From Callorhinchus milii (lineage: Eukaryota), in NCBI RefSeq assembly GCF_018977255.1, contig NW_024704742.1:106640001-106704000 (forward strand): a DNA stretch of 64,000 bases, read 5' to 3'. Within the stretch, counting starts at the first letter, position 1. The number at the start of each line of letters is the position of its first letter. Both the position numbers and the translations under genes were made by a program. The notes under the pieces were generated by a model. It searched no databases. It saw nothing but the letters and a program-made list of their open reading frames with translations, and was not told the origin of the DNA. Of the stretch, positions 1 through 14,900 are shown piece by piece.

Positions 1-170
1 CACAAACTAGTTGGACTGAACCATTGTATGTCATTCTGTACAGTGCTACATTATTTAAAAATTACTGCAAAATCAACCCCCAAATCAACCCCAGTAAGAA
101 ACATTGCATACTGTTAAAGTCCCAGACAAATTCTGATGTTACATTAACTCTGCGTGATTATTATTTCAAG

Positions 171-2933
171 ATGGTGATCCACCCATCCAGCCTGAATCTT
201 CAGAGACCATTGTCAAAAAGGAAGAGGAAGAGGAAGAAAGACTCAGGAACTCTAATGGACAAAACACAGCTACACCAGCACAGGATAGAGTGACAGAACC
301 ATCCGAGGGCAGTGGTGAGGATAATATGGACTTTGATGACAACGATAAAAGGAATCAAGAAATATTCACATCCAAAATGCAACAAAGCGCATCAGATTGC
401 AAAAAGGACTCAGCAGAGGGTAAATTCTTCTTCCAGAGATCGTTTAGGCAAACTCCATCAGCAGTAATAACAGTAACAATAGAACATTCACAGCTGGATC
501 CAGAAATAATAGAGTCAAGCGAAATTACCCCGCAGCATCATCCGCCTTCAGAAAAAACAAGGACTGACACTGCCAGGCAAGTGGACACTGCTGTATTGAA
601 ATGCAACTTATCCAGTCTGGAAGTGGAAATAAAGCAATTTTCATTTTCTGACAGGCCTGATGTTGGGGCCACTTTTGTGATTGGACACAAAGGGAATGCA
701 AAGAGAGTGAATCACAGTGATACATTCACCGAAAACGAGTCCTCACAGTGTCAAAGACATGAATCTCAGTCATCTCTCTCTACAGCTATTGCAAATGGAA
801 ATCACACCAACTCTAACAATGGCCAAGATAATAGTGAAGAACATTCTTGGCTGAAGCTCACCATAACAACAAATGAAACAAACATAAACGTGACTGGCGA
901 AAATAACTGTGGCAACGAGACTACAATATGTGAGCAAAATTGTGATGAAAGCTTCAAATATCGAAAGGACAGTAGCATTGGTAACATTTCTCATAGCACA
1001 GACTACACAGCAACAGAAGAGTTTTCTAACTCGTACACATTGTCAGGCTTCAGCTTGTACACTGAAGATAGACAAATCACAGATTATTTTCTACATATTC
1101 CACCTCCTGATGAGTTTGCAGATGACCCTGAAATTACAAATCAGTTGCTTAAAACTCAAGGGTGTGCATCTTCACTTCAACCAGATCATGACAATGAATG
1201 TGAAACTTCAGCTATGACATCGCTATCTTCTGATAGACATCTTCTCTCAGCCCAGAAAGGCACTGTGGAATATGCAGCTGATAATTTAAGATCCCAGGCA
1301 TGTTCGACAGATACTAAACAAGAACATCCAAGTATTTTGACAAGTTTATCAGCATGTGACCTCTCGGGGCATTTAGTTGCACAAACAAGAACTGGTCTGA
1401 TGGAGAACACTGCCAATACAAAGAGGATTATATTCAGAAATAACATTGTTGGAAATCCAGAGGGTACAATTAGACAAAGCAGGTGTCTGGAACTGCAGGC
1501 AGTACGAAGAAAAACCTACCCAGATGCTCTCAAACCTGAGATTAGACATAATGAGATTCAGAATTCTCAATGCATGTTGCACGGAGATCAAGCTTCAACG
1601 GTCAATCCTCACCCTTTCTGTATTCAAATGCTGCCCTGGAAACAAGGGAAAAATGAGCCTCTCTGCACTGAAGAAATTCAGAATTTCATGTATTTTAAGG
1701 AATACAACACCCAAGACAGGAGAAGCTACAACGATTCCTTCAATGAGAGCGGAATCAGTCGCTGGTCTTCCTCCAGCACGCTGAGTGCTGTGAAATCCCC
1801 ATGTACTAGTTCCACCATGCTGGAGGAGGCCAATCCTGGATTATTTGTATTTGAATCTGAAGAAAGTATTGATGAAGTGTTTTACCTGAGTCCGAAATTC
1901 AAACAGCAGGGAAATTGTAAAGAGCACAGGGAATGTTTTGAAGTGGAATGTGGCACTGAGCAAAATTATTTCCCTGAGCAAAGAATTGAATCTAATTTTA
2001 ATGAAGATATATTTTTGTGGCAATCTGCTGAGCCCCAAGAAATTGGAGATCTTACAGAAAGCGGTTTTGACGAAGAGACTTTAGATAGTGACCATCCTAG
2101 CGAGTTAGCTGAGGATGTGATGTTAACAAATGAACAATTTCAGATCCAAATCATTCCGCCCTCACCAACCTCATCAAATGACCAAATATGTGACAAGAGT
2201 CAGGCTATGAATACAGTGTCAGAAAGTGTTTTCAACTGTGGCTCTAGGGGAGATGAGAGTGTTAAAACAAAGAAAGGGGATAATAATACTGAGCCCAAGA
2301 AGAGAAGAAACTCAGTGACCATATTACTGACACAAGGGTGTCTTGATCAAAGGATAATTGTTCAACATGACAATCGTGTTAATGGGAGTTCTGATGCTCC
2401 AAAAACTTTCTCAGCTTTAGCAGAATGCAATGAAGAAGGTAAACTAGTGTGTGAACCAGACACTGTGGAATACTGTGATCCTAAGATGGGTTCTATTGCC
2501 CCCCAGACTGTGAGCAGTAATCATGCTCTTCTTACAGTTAAGTGTCTGTCCCAGCCTTTCTCCACGTCAATATCAGATGATCTTGAACAGAGCACTGAGA
2601 ACATAGAGTCTACGGTATGTGAAGAAGATAAGGAGAAATGTCTTACTCAGAGTCACAGTGAGACAAAAGATGAAGACCCTCCTATTAAGCAGAATAATGA
2701 CATCAAATGCTCTGGTGACCAAAATAGCAGCACTCAAAACCTTGTGGAAGAAAAACAAGCACTGGAAAAAGGCACAGTTGCAGAAAATAGTCCTTTGCCA
2801 GTGACATCAGTAACAGTCACTTATCAGGAGGATACAGTGGAGCCAAACCACAAAATACGCAGTGAAAACGAGGAGGAAGTGGATACAAACAGTCAGAAGA
2901 TAGAGGTCTCCACAAAACAGAATCTGCATAAAG
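171..2933 (+). CDS. PDZPH1: PDZPH1 giant coding exon (2763 nt, phase 1-1), acidic/Ser-rich low-complexity region
   Basis: Acceptor ttatttcaag| at 170. The frame of ORF 290..3064 is open from the TGA at 155-157. Donor aag|gtaaga at 2933/2934. The 5' boundary is less certain than the 3'. Confidence 0.8.
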
Positions 2934-5900
2934 GTAAGAGTGAAAAGAAAAGCAATATCTCTACACAATCAGATAGAATTGCATGGAAGAGCAAGGGCAA
3001 CAGCAATAAAATAAAATCTCATCCTAGATGCCTTTACAGAGCTATGAGTCATTTAACATGGTAATAGAAATGTTAACCCCACAATAATCTGATATTTGTA
3101 ATCTACATCCATGGAATCTACATTTGATTCAAGTACTGTTGAATTATGTCTGTACAATACCATAATCTTATTTATATTATTCCCTTAGTGCGCTTGATTT
3201 AAGACCATCACTTCCCAGCTGAAACAAAGGCAGACGCAACCAATCACTGGGAGGGGAGGGTTTGCACAAGAGTAGCTTCCAGCTTTCCTCTCATGTTGGG
3301 CATCTATTATATGCTAAAAAACTAATATTATCAATTATTATGCCTTTATGTGTGACATCCCATTCTATTATGAAGGTGAAGCCAGCATGGTTGAATGGGC
3401 GAAACTCAGCCTGAGACATGGTGCAAATCTCAGCATTGGGAATTTTTTTAAGGAAATTAGATAGATGCTTAAAAAGAAAAATATTAAAGGGTAATAGAGA
3501 GTTTATTGTAGCTTATACTCTACAAAAACAACAACTTGCATTTATACAGCAACTGATGGTGGTCAGGGGGACAAATAGCAGGCCTGTGTTAGATGAGTGA
3601 AGGGGACGAACAGAGAAATGGGGTACAAGTTTGTCAGAGAGGAATGAAGGTACCCATTACTGTTCACGCTGGGATATTTGATTGAAACAAATAATTTTTT
3701 CTGTGATTTGGGATATGTTAATTTATAAGTTATCCAACAGGTCAGTAATCCTTAATGTGCTCTCTGGCATGAATAGATCTAAAGACTGAAGTAAACTGCC
3801 ATCTGCGTCTTCCTACTGACCCAGTGCTAAAAGATGGAAAAAACAATGAGAATTCTCAGGAGGCACCTTCAACAAGAGAAGGCTCTGATTACTGGGCGAA
3901 AAGACGGAGACTGTTTAAGGAGAGCAAAGAGTGGAATTCAGGGGGTGGGAGCTCGATCACCAGCAACATGACTGAGGAATCAGGTGAGGGTACATTCGAG
4001 ATAAACATCGAATTCTAGCTAAATACCATATGGGTCTCCTTGGCCTGAAATCTCCTGAAGAACATCCTACATCTCAAGATAGAAATAAAGTGAATGCCAT
4101 AAATACACAGTGAATGGATTAGCATCTGAAAGAAGATAAACTAATATTGAGGGTGTTCTATTGAATAATCAACCACAACAACTTGCATTTATAAAGCACG
4201 CTTCACGCAGGGTAGCATCTTGCCATGGCGGAGCTTGACACCAAGCCAGGGAGAGAGGGGAGATGTCCATAGGCCCGGTCGAAGAGGAAGTCCTTCAGAT
4301 GTGATCTGAAGACGAACACGGAGGGGGTCAAAATTACAATCAAAACGTGAAACTTTCTCTTTCAGATGCTGATCAGCTTGCTGTGCGGGCTCTGTGTTTT
4401 CTGATTTTACTTTCAAAGTCTCGTTTCTTCTAAAATTCCCTTGAAGACTTACTTCCTGGGAACGTATTTTGGCAAAACAATCCGCACAATTAAATTCTTC
4501 TGTTAGCTGGGGTATGAATTATATTTGAATTTTTTGAGTTGGCGCAGCCTTGTTCAAGGAGGACAAAATAAACAGTTGTATTTAAAGCCAACCGTTTTTA
4601 AAAGTGCCACATATGAAAGACTGAACTGCACTAGTAATTCGGTATTGCTGTTGTATTGGGAGTTTTTTTTAAGCTGACTAAAACCACGTAGCTATGGAAA
4701 CCATCCACCTTGCACTGTTCCACCCAAGGCAATACATAATTGTTCATTTTTAAAATATCATTGTAATGTTACTGTCACTTTTTCTATACAGATAATCAAG
4801 GTCATGTCAACAAATTGATGGACTTCAGTGACCTGTTTTTACATTATTTTAATATATTAATATATTAATATTATATATTCAGCTAGTGAGGGCTCAAACC
4901 TGCACTTGTCAGATGTCAAATGACCAACTTGCGACGTTCCTCCTGGGGCAGTGGGGTGGGGGGAGTCTCCCTGTAGCTGAGCTGGATCCAAGGTGATATG
5001 CTTGGCAAACGAATGTCAACCCTCTGTTGCAGTCATAGTAGTCTGGTTCCTCAGCCAGGCAGGTTCACAGTACTCCATGATGATCAACAGTGACCAACAA
5101 CAACAACAAAATTACATTTATATAGCGCCTTCCATATCAGGAGGACGTCCAAGACCGGTGCACAATTAATGTTTCGGACCTGAGCTGGGGGATGCGATCG
5201 GGGAGGGTAGAGGGCAGGGGGGAAGAAGGGTGACCGAAGGAATGGTCGAAGAGGAGAGTCTTGAGACGGATCTTGAATGAGGCAAGGGAGGGGGCGAGGC
5301 AAAGGGACTGTGGGATGGAGTTCCAGAGGGTGGGCGCAGGGTGTCAGAATGCCCGACCCCCAATGGTGGAGCGAGCAAGGAGAGGGATGGGAAGGGTTAG
5401 GAGGTCACAGAGGTAGGGGGGAGCAAGGCCATGGAGGGCTTTGAAGGTGAGGACCAGGATCTTGAACTGTATCCTCTGTGTGATGGGAAGCCAGTGGAGT
5501 CGGGCAAGGATGGGGGTGATAGGATCGCGGAGCCTGGTGCGGGAGAGGACACGGGCTGCAGAGTTCCAGGTGATCTTCAGCCTATGCAGGCTGGCACGCA
5601 AGGAAGCTGACAAGCAGAGAGTTTGCATAGTCAAGCCTGGATGTTATGAATGCATGTTTGAGGGTCTCGGTGGCTTATGGTGAGAGACAGTGGTGGAGCC
5701 GGGCGATGTTGCGGAGGTGGGGAAAGCAGAGCAAGTCATGGCACGGATGTGGGTAGAAAGGACAGTTAAAAGTCAAACAAGATGCCAAGGTTCTGGACTG
5801 GCTCAGTGAGGTAGAATTTGCAACCATGGATAGTGATGCTGTCAGTGCCTGAGATGAGGAGGCGCTGACGGGAACCAATCAGAAGGGTCTCGTTTTTTTT

Positions 5901-8900
5901 GATGTTCAGCTGAAGGAAGTTAGCTCTCATCCAAGACTTAATGTTTGACAGACAGTCTGTCAGCACAGCAGTGGTCCTGGAGTTGAGGGTGGAGCCAGAG
6001 AGATAGGGTTGGGTGTCATCCGCATACATGTGAAAATTGACCCCATGTCTGCGGATGGTGTCACCAAGAGGGAGCATATAGATATTGAAGAGGAGGGGAC
6101 CAAGGACAGAGCCCTGAGGAACTCCGCATGAGACGGTGCAGGGGCTAGAGGAGAAGCTGTTGGTGGCAATGAAGTGGAGAAAGTGTGAAAGGTACGATCT
6201 GAACCAGTCAAGGACAGAAGAATGAAAGTTGAGGTGAATCGAGAGGCAGTGGAGGAGGATAGAGTGGTCAATGGTATCGAAGGCAGCAGAGAGGTCAAGG
6301 AGGACGAGGAGGCAGAGGGAGCCCTGGTCGCAGATGGACAACATGTTGTTTGACACTTTGACCAAAGATGTTTCTGTGGACGGCACTGAAACCTGATTGG
6401 AGGGGTTCATAAAGGGATTGGTGGGAGAGAAATAAGTGAAGCTGGGAAGCAACCATTCATTCCAGGTCCTTGGAGAGGAAAGGAAGATTGGAGATGGGGC
6501 AGTAGTTTGCGAACAGCGATGGGTCCAGGGAGAGTCTTTTAAGGATAGGAGTGATGACAGACATTTTTAAAGGGATGGGAACGGTGCCAGTGAACAGGGA
6601 GAGGTTTACAATGTCTGTGAGTAGAGGGGCAAGGAGGTGGAGCTGCAAGGTAAGGAGAAGGGTAGGGATGGGGTCGAGAGAGCAGGTGGTCGATTTCATG
6701 TGGGTTATGATGGAGGTAAGAGAAGATGGGGAGACAGGTTCGAAGGTGTGGAGGGAGGGATGGGTAGGGGCCGGGGTGTGAGGGGGAGATGGGGAGTTAT
6801 TGGAAGGGCAGAGGCAGCTGAGCGGATTCCCTCAATTTTGGTTTCGAGGAAGTTCAGCATCTCCTCCCAGTTGGCGTTGGAGGAGAGGATGGGCGAGGCG
6901 TGAGAGGGTGGGCAGAGGAGCCGGTTGATGATGGAGAAGAGGAGCCTGGGGTTGTCCTAGCAGTAAGTGTGGTTCATCAGGAAATTTTCCATGTGTAAGT
7001 GGCATGCACATATAGAATTTTCACACTGCTTTTGATACTTTTAAGTATGGTGATAGGATTTTGGATGTATCAGCTGACCTAAAAAAATATGAATAGCAAC
7101 AATTTCTATTCTTTTCTCAAACTCCTGAATAGTTTTAGGAATTTTATTACAGATCTATTAAAAAACTAATACAAAGCTAATACTTTATTTTACTCTAACA
7201 AATATTTTAAAAAACTGTATAGTAAATGATAATAGAATTTCCATGAATTTCTTTTACCCTTTGTGGAAATAAAATGACAATTTCATTACTTGAAGTATTT
7301 TTTTTAACAATTAACTTAAAGATATGGTTCAAAACATAATCACTATAAACCTACATTGCACAAGACTCAATTAACACTTCCACTGCTTCCAGCAGCAATG
7401 GAACCAAATCACAAAGGAATCATTAAAACTAATATTTTTTCTCTCTTTACCTCATCATTTCTATTTGTATAACCAGAATGCAGCAAACAGAAGATAATAA
7501 TAATAATCCTTGCACTTGACATAGCGCCTTATCACGTCTTCGAGACTTCCCAAAGTGCTTCACAGAATATACTGTAAAGTGAATAGTTTGTGGGTCAAAC
7601 GCAGCAGCCAATTCTTAGTGAGATTGTGGAACTCGCTGCCTGAAGCGGTGGTTGAATCAGATAGTGTCGTTGCATTCAAGAGCAAGTTTGACCTTCACAT
7701 GAGGGAGAATGAAATAGAAGAGTATGGGTGAAATATGAAGGAATGGGTGAAGACATGTGCAGATTATAAACACCGGCATGGACTGATTGGGCTGAGTGGC
7801 CTGTTTCCATGCTGTAAATTCTTTGTAAGTACCATAAAATATGATTTATTTTCCATTCTTAATGTTGATCCTTCCTTACAACTGATTACAATTTACAAAT
7901 AATATAATGATAATAATAATCATTACATTTGATGTTGTGCCTTTTTAGGAGATCTCAAAGCGCTTCATAGGACTTACTGTTAAGTACAGTAACTGCATTC
8001 TATAGGCAAACTCGGCAGCCAATGTGTACACAGAAATGGTCTACACAATAGCAATGAAGTGAATGACCAATTTTAGCTGTGGAAATGGTTAGCCAAGATA
8101 CCAGGAAAAATTCTCTTGGTTTTACAGCTCATCCAAAGGACAAAACAGTACTCCATCAGTACTGCGTAAGAATGTCATCTTAGACTGTGAGATCAATGTC
8201 CTGATCTGGGGCTTGAACCCACAACCTTCTGACTCAGAGGCGAGAGTGCACCAACTGAGCCAGGCTGGCACCTAAATATATGTTAAAGGGGATCCATAAA
8301 AATTATGAAGTGCTATGATATGGTTAATATTAATAAATTATTTGCATTGATCAATATTGAGAGTGCACACATTTAACATAATAATAATCCTTGCATTTGA
8401 TATAGGGCCTTATCACGTCTTTGAGACGTCTCAAAGCGCTTCACACAATATCCTGTAAAGTGAATTGACTGTATATTTTGTGGATGAAACGCAGCAGGCA
8501 ATTGCGCGTGTCCCACAAACAGTCGTGAATTGAAGTACCAAATTATTTTAATTTATTTTGAATAAATGAATAAACTTACTGCTAGGTAAACAGAGGCATG
8601 TGGAGTAAAGAAACTTGCCCAATGTTTCGCTCTGCCAGGAATCAAACTCAGGTCCTTCGCTTGTGAGGCAAGCGCACTAACCACTGAGCTACAGGACTCC
8701 AATGTAATCATAAAAGGAATTATAATAGAAAACTGTATTTTCACAGAGAGTGGGTAGAGTGTAGAATTCTCCAGCACAAACCATGGTTGAAGCAAAGTCC
8801 ACAACATTATTTTAAAAGGGAAATACACAAGAAACTGGAATGTTTAGCGGAGTGAGTAGGAGAGTAGGATTAGATCCCGTGGCTCATGTGGAAAAAATAC

Positions 8901-11900
8901 AGCATAGGCCTAATTGGTACACAGAGGGACTTACAACAACATCAACAACAACAACTTGTATTTATATAGCGCCCTTCACGCGGGTTAGCGTCCCAGAGCA
9001 CTTGACAGTGGCGAAGTCTGACACCTAGACGGGGGAGAGGGAGGATGGAGGTGACCGTAAGCACGATCAAAAAGTAAGTTCTTTAGTCGGGATTTGAAAG
9101 TGGGGAGGGAGGGGGCAAGGCGGAGGGATTGAGGGACAGAGTTTTGGGGCATAGTGGCTGAAGGAATGGAGGAGACGAGAGATGAACAGGAGGTTGGAGC
9201 CAGCCGAGCAGAGGCAGCGGGTTGCGGAGTGGGGGTGGGTAAGCAGGTCAGATAGGTAAGGAGGTGCGAGAGCATGAAAGGAGTTGAAAATGAGTGAGAG
9301 GATCTTGAAATTGATCCATTTGTTTGCTAATCAGGAGCTAGTGGAGTTCTGTAGCTCAGTGGTTAGAGCACTCGCTTTGCAAGCGAGAGACCTGAGTTCA
9401 ATTCCAGGCAGGGCGAAACCTTGGGCAAGTTTCCTTACTCCACACGCCTAATAATAATCCCTCCAAAACCCAAAACAATAAGAAATTGGTAATTTTCAAT
9501 CTATGACTGTTTGTGGGACATTGCTGTGCGCAATTGGCTGCCGCATTCGCCCACAAATATACAGTCAATTCACTTTACAGTGTGTTCTGTGAAGCGCTTT
9601 GGGACGTCCTCCCGACGTGAAAAGCGCTATATCAAATGCAAGGATTATTATTATTATTATTATTATTATTATAGTGAAGCCTGGCAAGCATTGGTGTGAT
9701 GGGGGTACAGAGTTTTGTGCAGGTGAGTATCTGAGCGACAGAGTTTTGAGTTAATTGAATTTTGTGTATGGTGGAGTTGGGGAAACCAGCAAGGACAGCA
9801 TTGGAATAGTCCAGCAAGGAAGTGATGAAGGAATGGATGAGGGTTTTGGCTTCTTTGGATGTGAGGGTACGAATGGAGGGCATGCATGAATCGCCCACAA
9901 ATATACAGTCAATTCACTTTACAGTCTATTCTGTGAAGCGCTTTGAGATGTCGAGAAGATGTGAAAAGCGCTATATCAAATGCAAGGATTATTATATTAT
10001 TATTATGAATCTCTCCCTTCTCTTCTCCCTGTATAATATTAAGAACTGGAATAGGTTTTGATTATCTTCTCATGTTTTCTGTCTATGCAGAGTATCTTTT
10101 GAGCAAATATTTGGATACTCAGCGAGCAGTACTGAAATTTTTTTAATTAACTTTTTAATGATTTTCCTGCAAACACAAAAGGAAATTCAGGGAATAAATA
10201 TCATAAACTCAATATGATATATCCTGAGCATCTCCAACTTTGTTCTTCAGCCAATCTTCTATATATATGTAGTATATGATAGGGGAATGGTGAGACCCTG
10301 ACCAGCAGGAGATAAGAAATAGTGCTAATAAGAAGAATCATTGTCTTTGATATAGAGCCTTTTTTACAATAAAGTGTAGTGACTGTATTTTGTGTGCAAA
10401 TGGAGTTAAGTTCCTGGCTCAGTTAGCAGCACTCTCACGCCTTGAGACAGAAGGTTGTGGATTCACATCACACGTTAAGACTTATAGTCTACACTGACGC
10501 TCCAATGGAGTCTGGAGACTGTGCTGCATTGTTGGAAATGCCGTCCTTTGAATGAGACATTAACCCAAGATCTTGTCTAACTTTTCTAGTGAAAGATAAA
10601 AATTCCCTTCCAAAATCAGAAGTGTTCTGGCCAACAATTCCCCAACTACAATTGATCTTTCATTTCATGGCTGCTTGTGGGAGATTGTTGTGTGGGAATT
10701 GGCTGCTGCTGTATTTTCTTACAAATATACAATCACTACACTTTACAGTAAATCTGTGAAGCACTTTGAGATGTCTGGACAACATAATAAGACCTATATC
10801 AAATACAAGGATTATCATTCTCAGCTGTTATATTTTGGGCAGTTGGGTTGACACATGCGGAAACCCATCACCATGCTTAAGAGGATCCAAACCAAGCTGA
10901 GATTTCCAAGCATCCCACTTACACATGGAAATCCCAGAGATAGATTGTTGGAATGGAATGTGCACTCTCTCCCTGAAGGGACACAACTACTTGCCTAATT
11001 CTGGAAAGTATTAGGCACAGGTTGGCAATAACCAAGGCTTGGGGATCCCTGAGTGTGTATTGGAGTACTGCTGGAGTTAGAACCAGCTAAAATCACATAG
11101 CTCGCTATTGATATTGCTGTCCGGCAAGCTTTGCCGCTGCTTGTCCAGCTAGGACCACCCTACCTGTTAAGCCTTTGGCTTGCAGGGTTAACAGGAGCTG
11201 AATGGGATGATTCCCTGCCCCCAGTGACTGGTTTGCTCTTCCAGGTCTTGGCAATGAGCCAGACTGGCTGTGCTGTCATCAGCAGTGCCCTGGAATACTG
11301 CGGACCTGCCTGGCCCAGGAACTCGACTATCGAGTCCACCACAGAGGGTTGGCTCAAATTCGACATTCCATTGCCAGGCAGGTCACCTTGGAATCAGTTC
11401 AGCTCCAAGGAGACCTCGCTTGCCTCCCCCACTCCCCAAGGAGGATGGGAAGCTGTTACCTCACTGACAAGAGCTTTGATAAAAGTATGACGGCCTCTGT
11501 GCTTGAACCCAACAATTTCAATAAAATTTCGTCAGAGCATGGCGTGGGGGCGGGGGTGAGGGCCGGCGGGAGCACAGCCACAACTAATCTAGTTATCGCC
11601 TGATCTCGTTGACCACACTCTTCAACAATGTGATATTTATCAGCAGTGGTCATTAGCATATCACACATCACCCCCTCTGGTCCCAGGTTATCCAATTTTT
11701 ATTCTGGTTCCCTGCTGTTTGAATTATTATGTACACCACCGGTGAAGACATCCTTTAATCTGCACTGACACTAGTTCAAACTTGTCTTTTCCAGACTGAT
11801 TAAATGTCCCAATTGTGCTTTGGTGAGATTCTGTAACTTAGACCACCATCTCGTGGCGTTTAGTGGTAACAGCAGCTGTGATTCTGAACCAAGCCTCTCA

Positions 11901-14900
11901 GTTATATATATATATATAGTTTATTCAATATGCTGTACTTCATCCGTTTCACACTATCAAAGCAAAAATACTTTCCATGTCCTTATTCCACTAATTTTTT
12001 TTGTAAAGAAGTATTATTTCATTTGGTAAATTTACTTGTATTTACCTTCCTATTGAAAGAATAGGAAAGCAAAACATTAAATTAAATTTCCAGCTATAGA
12101 GAATGAGGTTTCAGATATTAGGAGCCTCTTATCTCTATTATATTGAATTGCCTTTTTGCTCTAAGAGCTTGTTCGTTTTTTCAAAAGAGAGATTAATTAT
12201 GCTTAGTCTTGCTCCCCTACCCTGTTCAAAGAATGATTACAAATTGTGGCTCATTGATGTGAAAAATTAAATTAAGAAAGTCCTGCTTCTCTTAACACAG
12301 CAAAGTTGTTAAAGAGTAACAGAGACTTTCAATGATTTGTCAGGAAGATCCAGAGACTTTATATTTCAATGACAAAATGGATTGGGTCAGGTGAATTCTG
12401 ATTTCTTAAATGCTCTAACAAATTATAATAGTTTATTAGAAATTACAGTTAATTTATAATTCCACAGGTGTACTCCATAAAAAGGTTTCATTTTATTTTG
12501 ACTTTTAACTAGAGATAGATCGATTATTTAGAACTAAGTGTCATTTGTTCTACTACCACGGTGTTATCAGTGAAATCTAAAATGTAATGTTCTTTGCCAA
12601 AATGTGGATGAAGGGCAAGCAAATTATCTTTATAAAGTAAGAGCTACGAAAACATTGATGACTATCTTCAAACCATTTGTTTGCAGCAGAAAGAAGTAGA
12701 GGATACATGATAGACGATCAAGGAGTATAATAATATTTGCATTTAATACAGCATCTTATCACATTGAGATATCACAAAGACTGACTACATGTTATCCAAC
12801 CAATTAAAATTTTGGTCAGCTCATACAGATTTTGTTTGTGCCACTGAGGTATTGTGAAACTGCCGAATGTTTGACATTTTAAAATCACATTGAATAACAT
12901 CCTTTAAAGACATTAATTGTGCCCTCTAAATCTGGTCAATATTTGGCAAATGATCTGAGTCTAATTTGTGCCTAGTGATCTACCAAAGTAACTTACTGCA
13001 GTACAAGTTGTCCTGACCACCACCAACAGTAATAGTAATAATCATCCTTGTATTTGATAGAAAGCCATTTACATAAGGGGGACGTCTCAAAGCACTTCAC
13101 AGGATATACTGTAAAGTGCAATGAATGACTATACATTTTGTGCTTCTCATCTTCAGGGATGGTGTTCTTGACCTAAAATAGGACATGGGCTTACCTGCGT
13201 CGGTATCCCAAAATTATAATTTATAATAAAATTTGATGCTTTAAAATTTAAGACACATACTTAGTAATATTTGAAATAGCACTGATTTTACATATCTCAA
13301 GTCTGGTTTCTACTTCTCCACATTGTCCGCAGTGAACTCAGAGGAGACTCGTTCTGTGGACATGATACAAGCGCGAGCTGAGATTGAGAGAGGTTTTTAC
13401 TCTGAAACATACAACTCTGCCTCCTGGATCTACAGAGGAGACGAGGGCAACCCCAATGACAGCCCAAGATGCCTCAGCAAGCGACCCCGACCTGTAGCAA
13501 GTATGACAGCCGCACAAGTTCATGACAATTTATTCATGTGATTGTTTTACTTTCCTATAACATTCAGGAAGTCTGAAATATATCATAGGCCTTAAGACCA
13601 TTGACTTAAAATTTGACATGACAGAGAATTTTGGAAAGTTCTTATATTTGATCTTAATTTGGAAGCTGTTTTTCTGCACTTCTTAAGGCTACGACCATGG
13701 AATCTGAATTGCAGAAGTAAAATACTTCAACAACTGGTTTGAAAATCATAATGAAATGCAAATCTTTTTTTTCAGGGCTATTCTGACAAATATGGTTAGG
13801 TGCTGACTAAAAGGATATTGACTAAGAGAGCACATGAAAATAATCCAAGGAAGAATACTTTGATACATTGCTGAAAAATACATCTGCTATGTGACTTACT
13901 GATCTGGCTGAAAGACCATCACATGATGGGAATTTAAAAAGGATTACAATCAACGTTTTATATTCTTTGGAATGGCCACTGAACGTATTCACTTATTCAG
14001 CACTTATTCGGTTTAGTGACCCACAATCCCAGCATTACACCTCTTTAAAATCTCTTTCTCTCCCCCAGTCAAAGTAATGTGGGCAAACCTAGTGTTTAGT
14101 TAGCCGCTGACGGCAGGGTTATTGCTGTTGGCAATGTTGTAAAATAAACAAGGCAACATAGATGCTGCCAAAGCATTTCACACCCATATCCTTCAGTGAA
14201 GTCAGCTTTTGCTTCTGGTGATTGTTAAATGTGTGTCACCAGTGACAAGTGCAAACAAGTGCAATCGTAATCACTTAATCATTTACTCACATTTTTTTAC
14301 AGCAATATCTGAGGTTTTGGACTTGCAGCCAGTTTTGTTACAAGATCACAAGATTGGTTTGGATGAAGAAGGCCTTCTGGCCCACTTGATCTCATACTTT
14401 GAGAAGACCCACACTCCCGTCCTTCCATCACAACATTAAACTATTTTTTAAAAATGAATCCCAGCATACTGGTATACCAATCACCTTACCTGGTAAACTG
14501 TCCCAGTCGATAATTACCTATTGAGTAAAGAAAAAAACTTTAATGATGACCGTCCTGAAATTGCCCTTTAACTCCATGTTCTCTCCTAGCTGTGTGTGGA
14601 AGAAATAGCAACAGACCGTAAGATCATAAGACGTAAGAGCAGGAGTAGGCCATTCGGCCACTCGAGCCTGCCCTGCCATTTAATAAGATCATGGCTGATC
14701 TTCTAACCTAATTGCATTTACCCGCCCTATCCCCATATCCCTTAAACCCTCTGTCCTTTAGAAATCTATCAATCTCAGTCTTGAATACGTACAATGACTG
14801 AGCATCTACAGCCTTCTGGGGTAGACAATTCCATAAATTCACTACCCTCTGAGTGAAGAAATGTTTCCTCAGCTCAGTTCGAAAAGGCTGACCCTTAATC

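Noticed and set aside
2934-3064. End of the 924-aa ORF as a stand-alone intronless gene
   Set aside because: A consensus donor at 2934 joins in phase to downstream exons; read-through is possible but unsupported
5766-6452. Active or domesticated reverse transcriptase (also 15503..15862)
   Set aside because: Frameshifted, stop-interrupted fragments of ordinary L2 and CR1 copies
9341-9415. tRNA-Ala genes here and near 27295, 39021, 49697, 52146 and 52761
   Set aside because: These are SINE heads: each continues into the same body and (TTA)n tail
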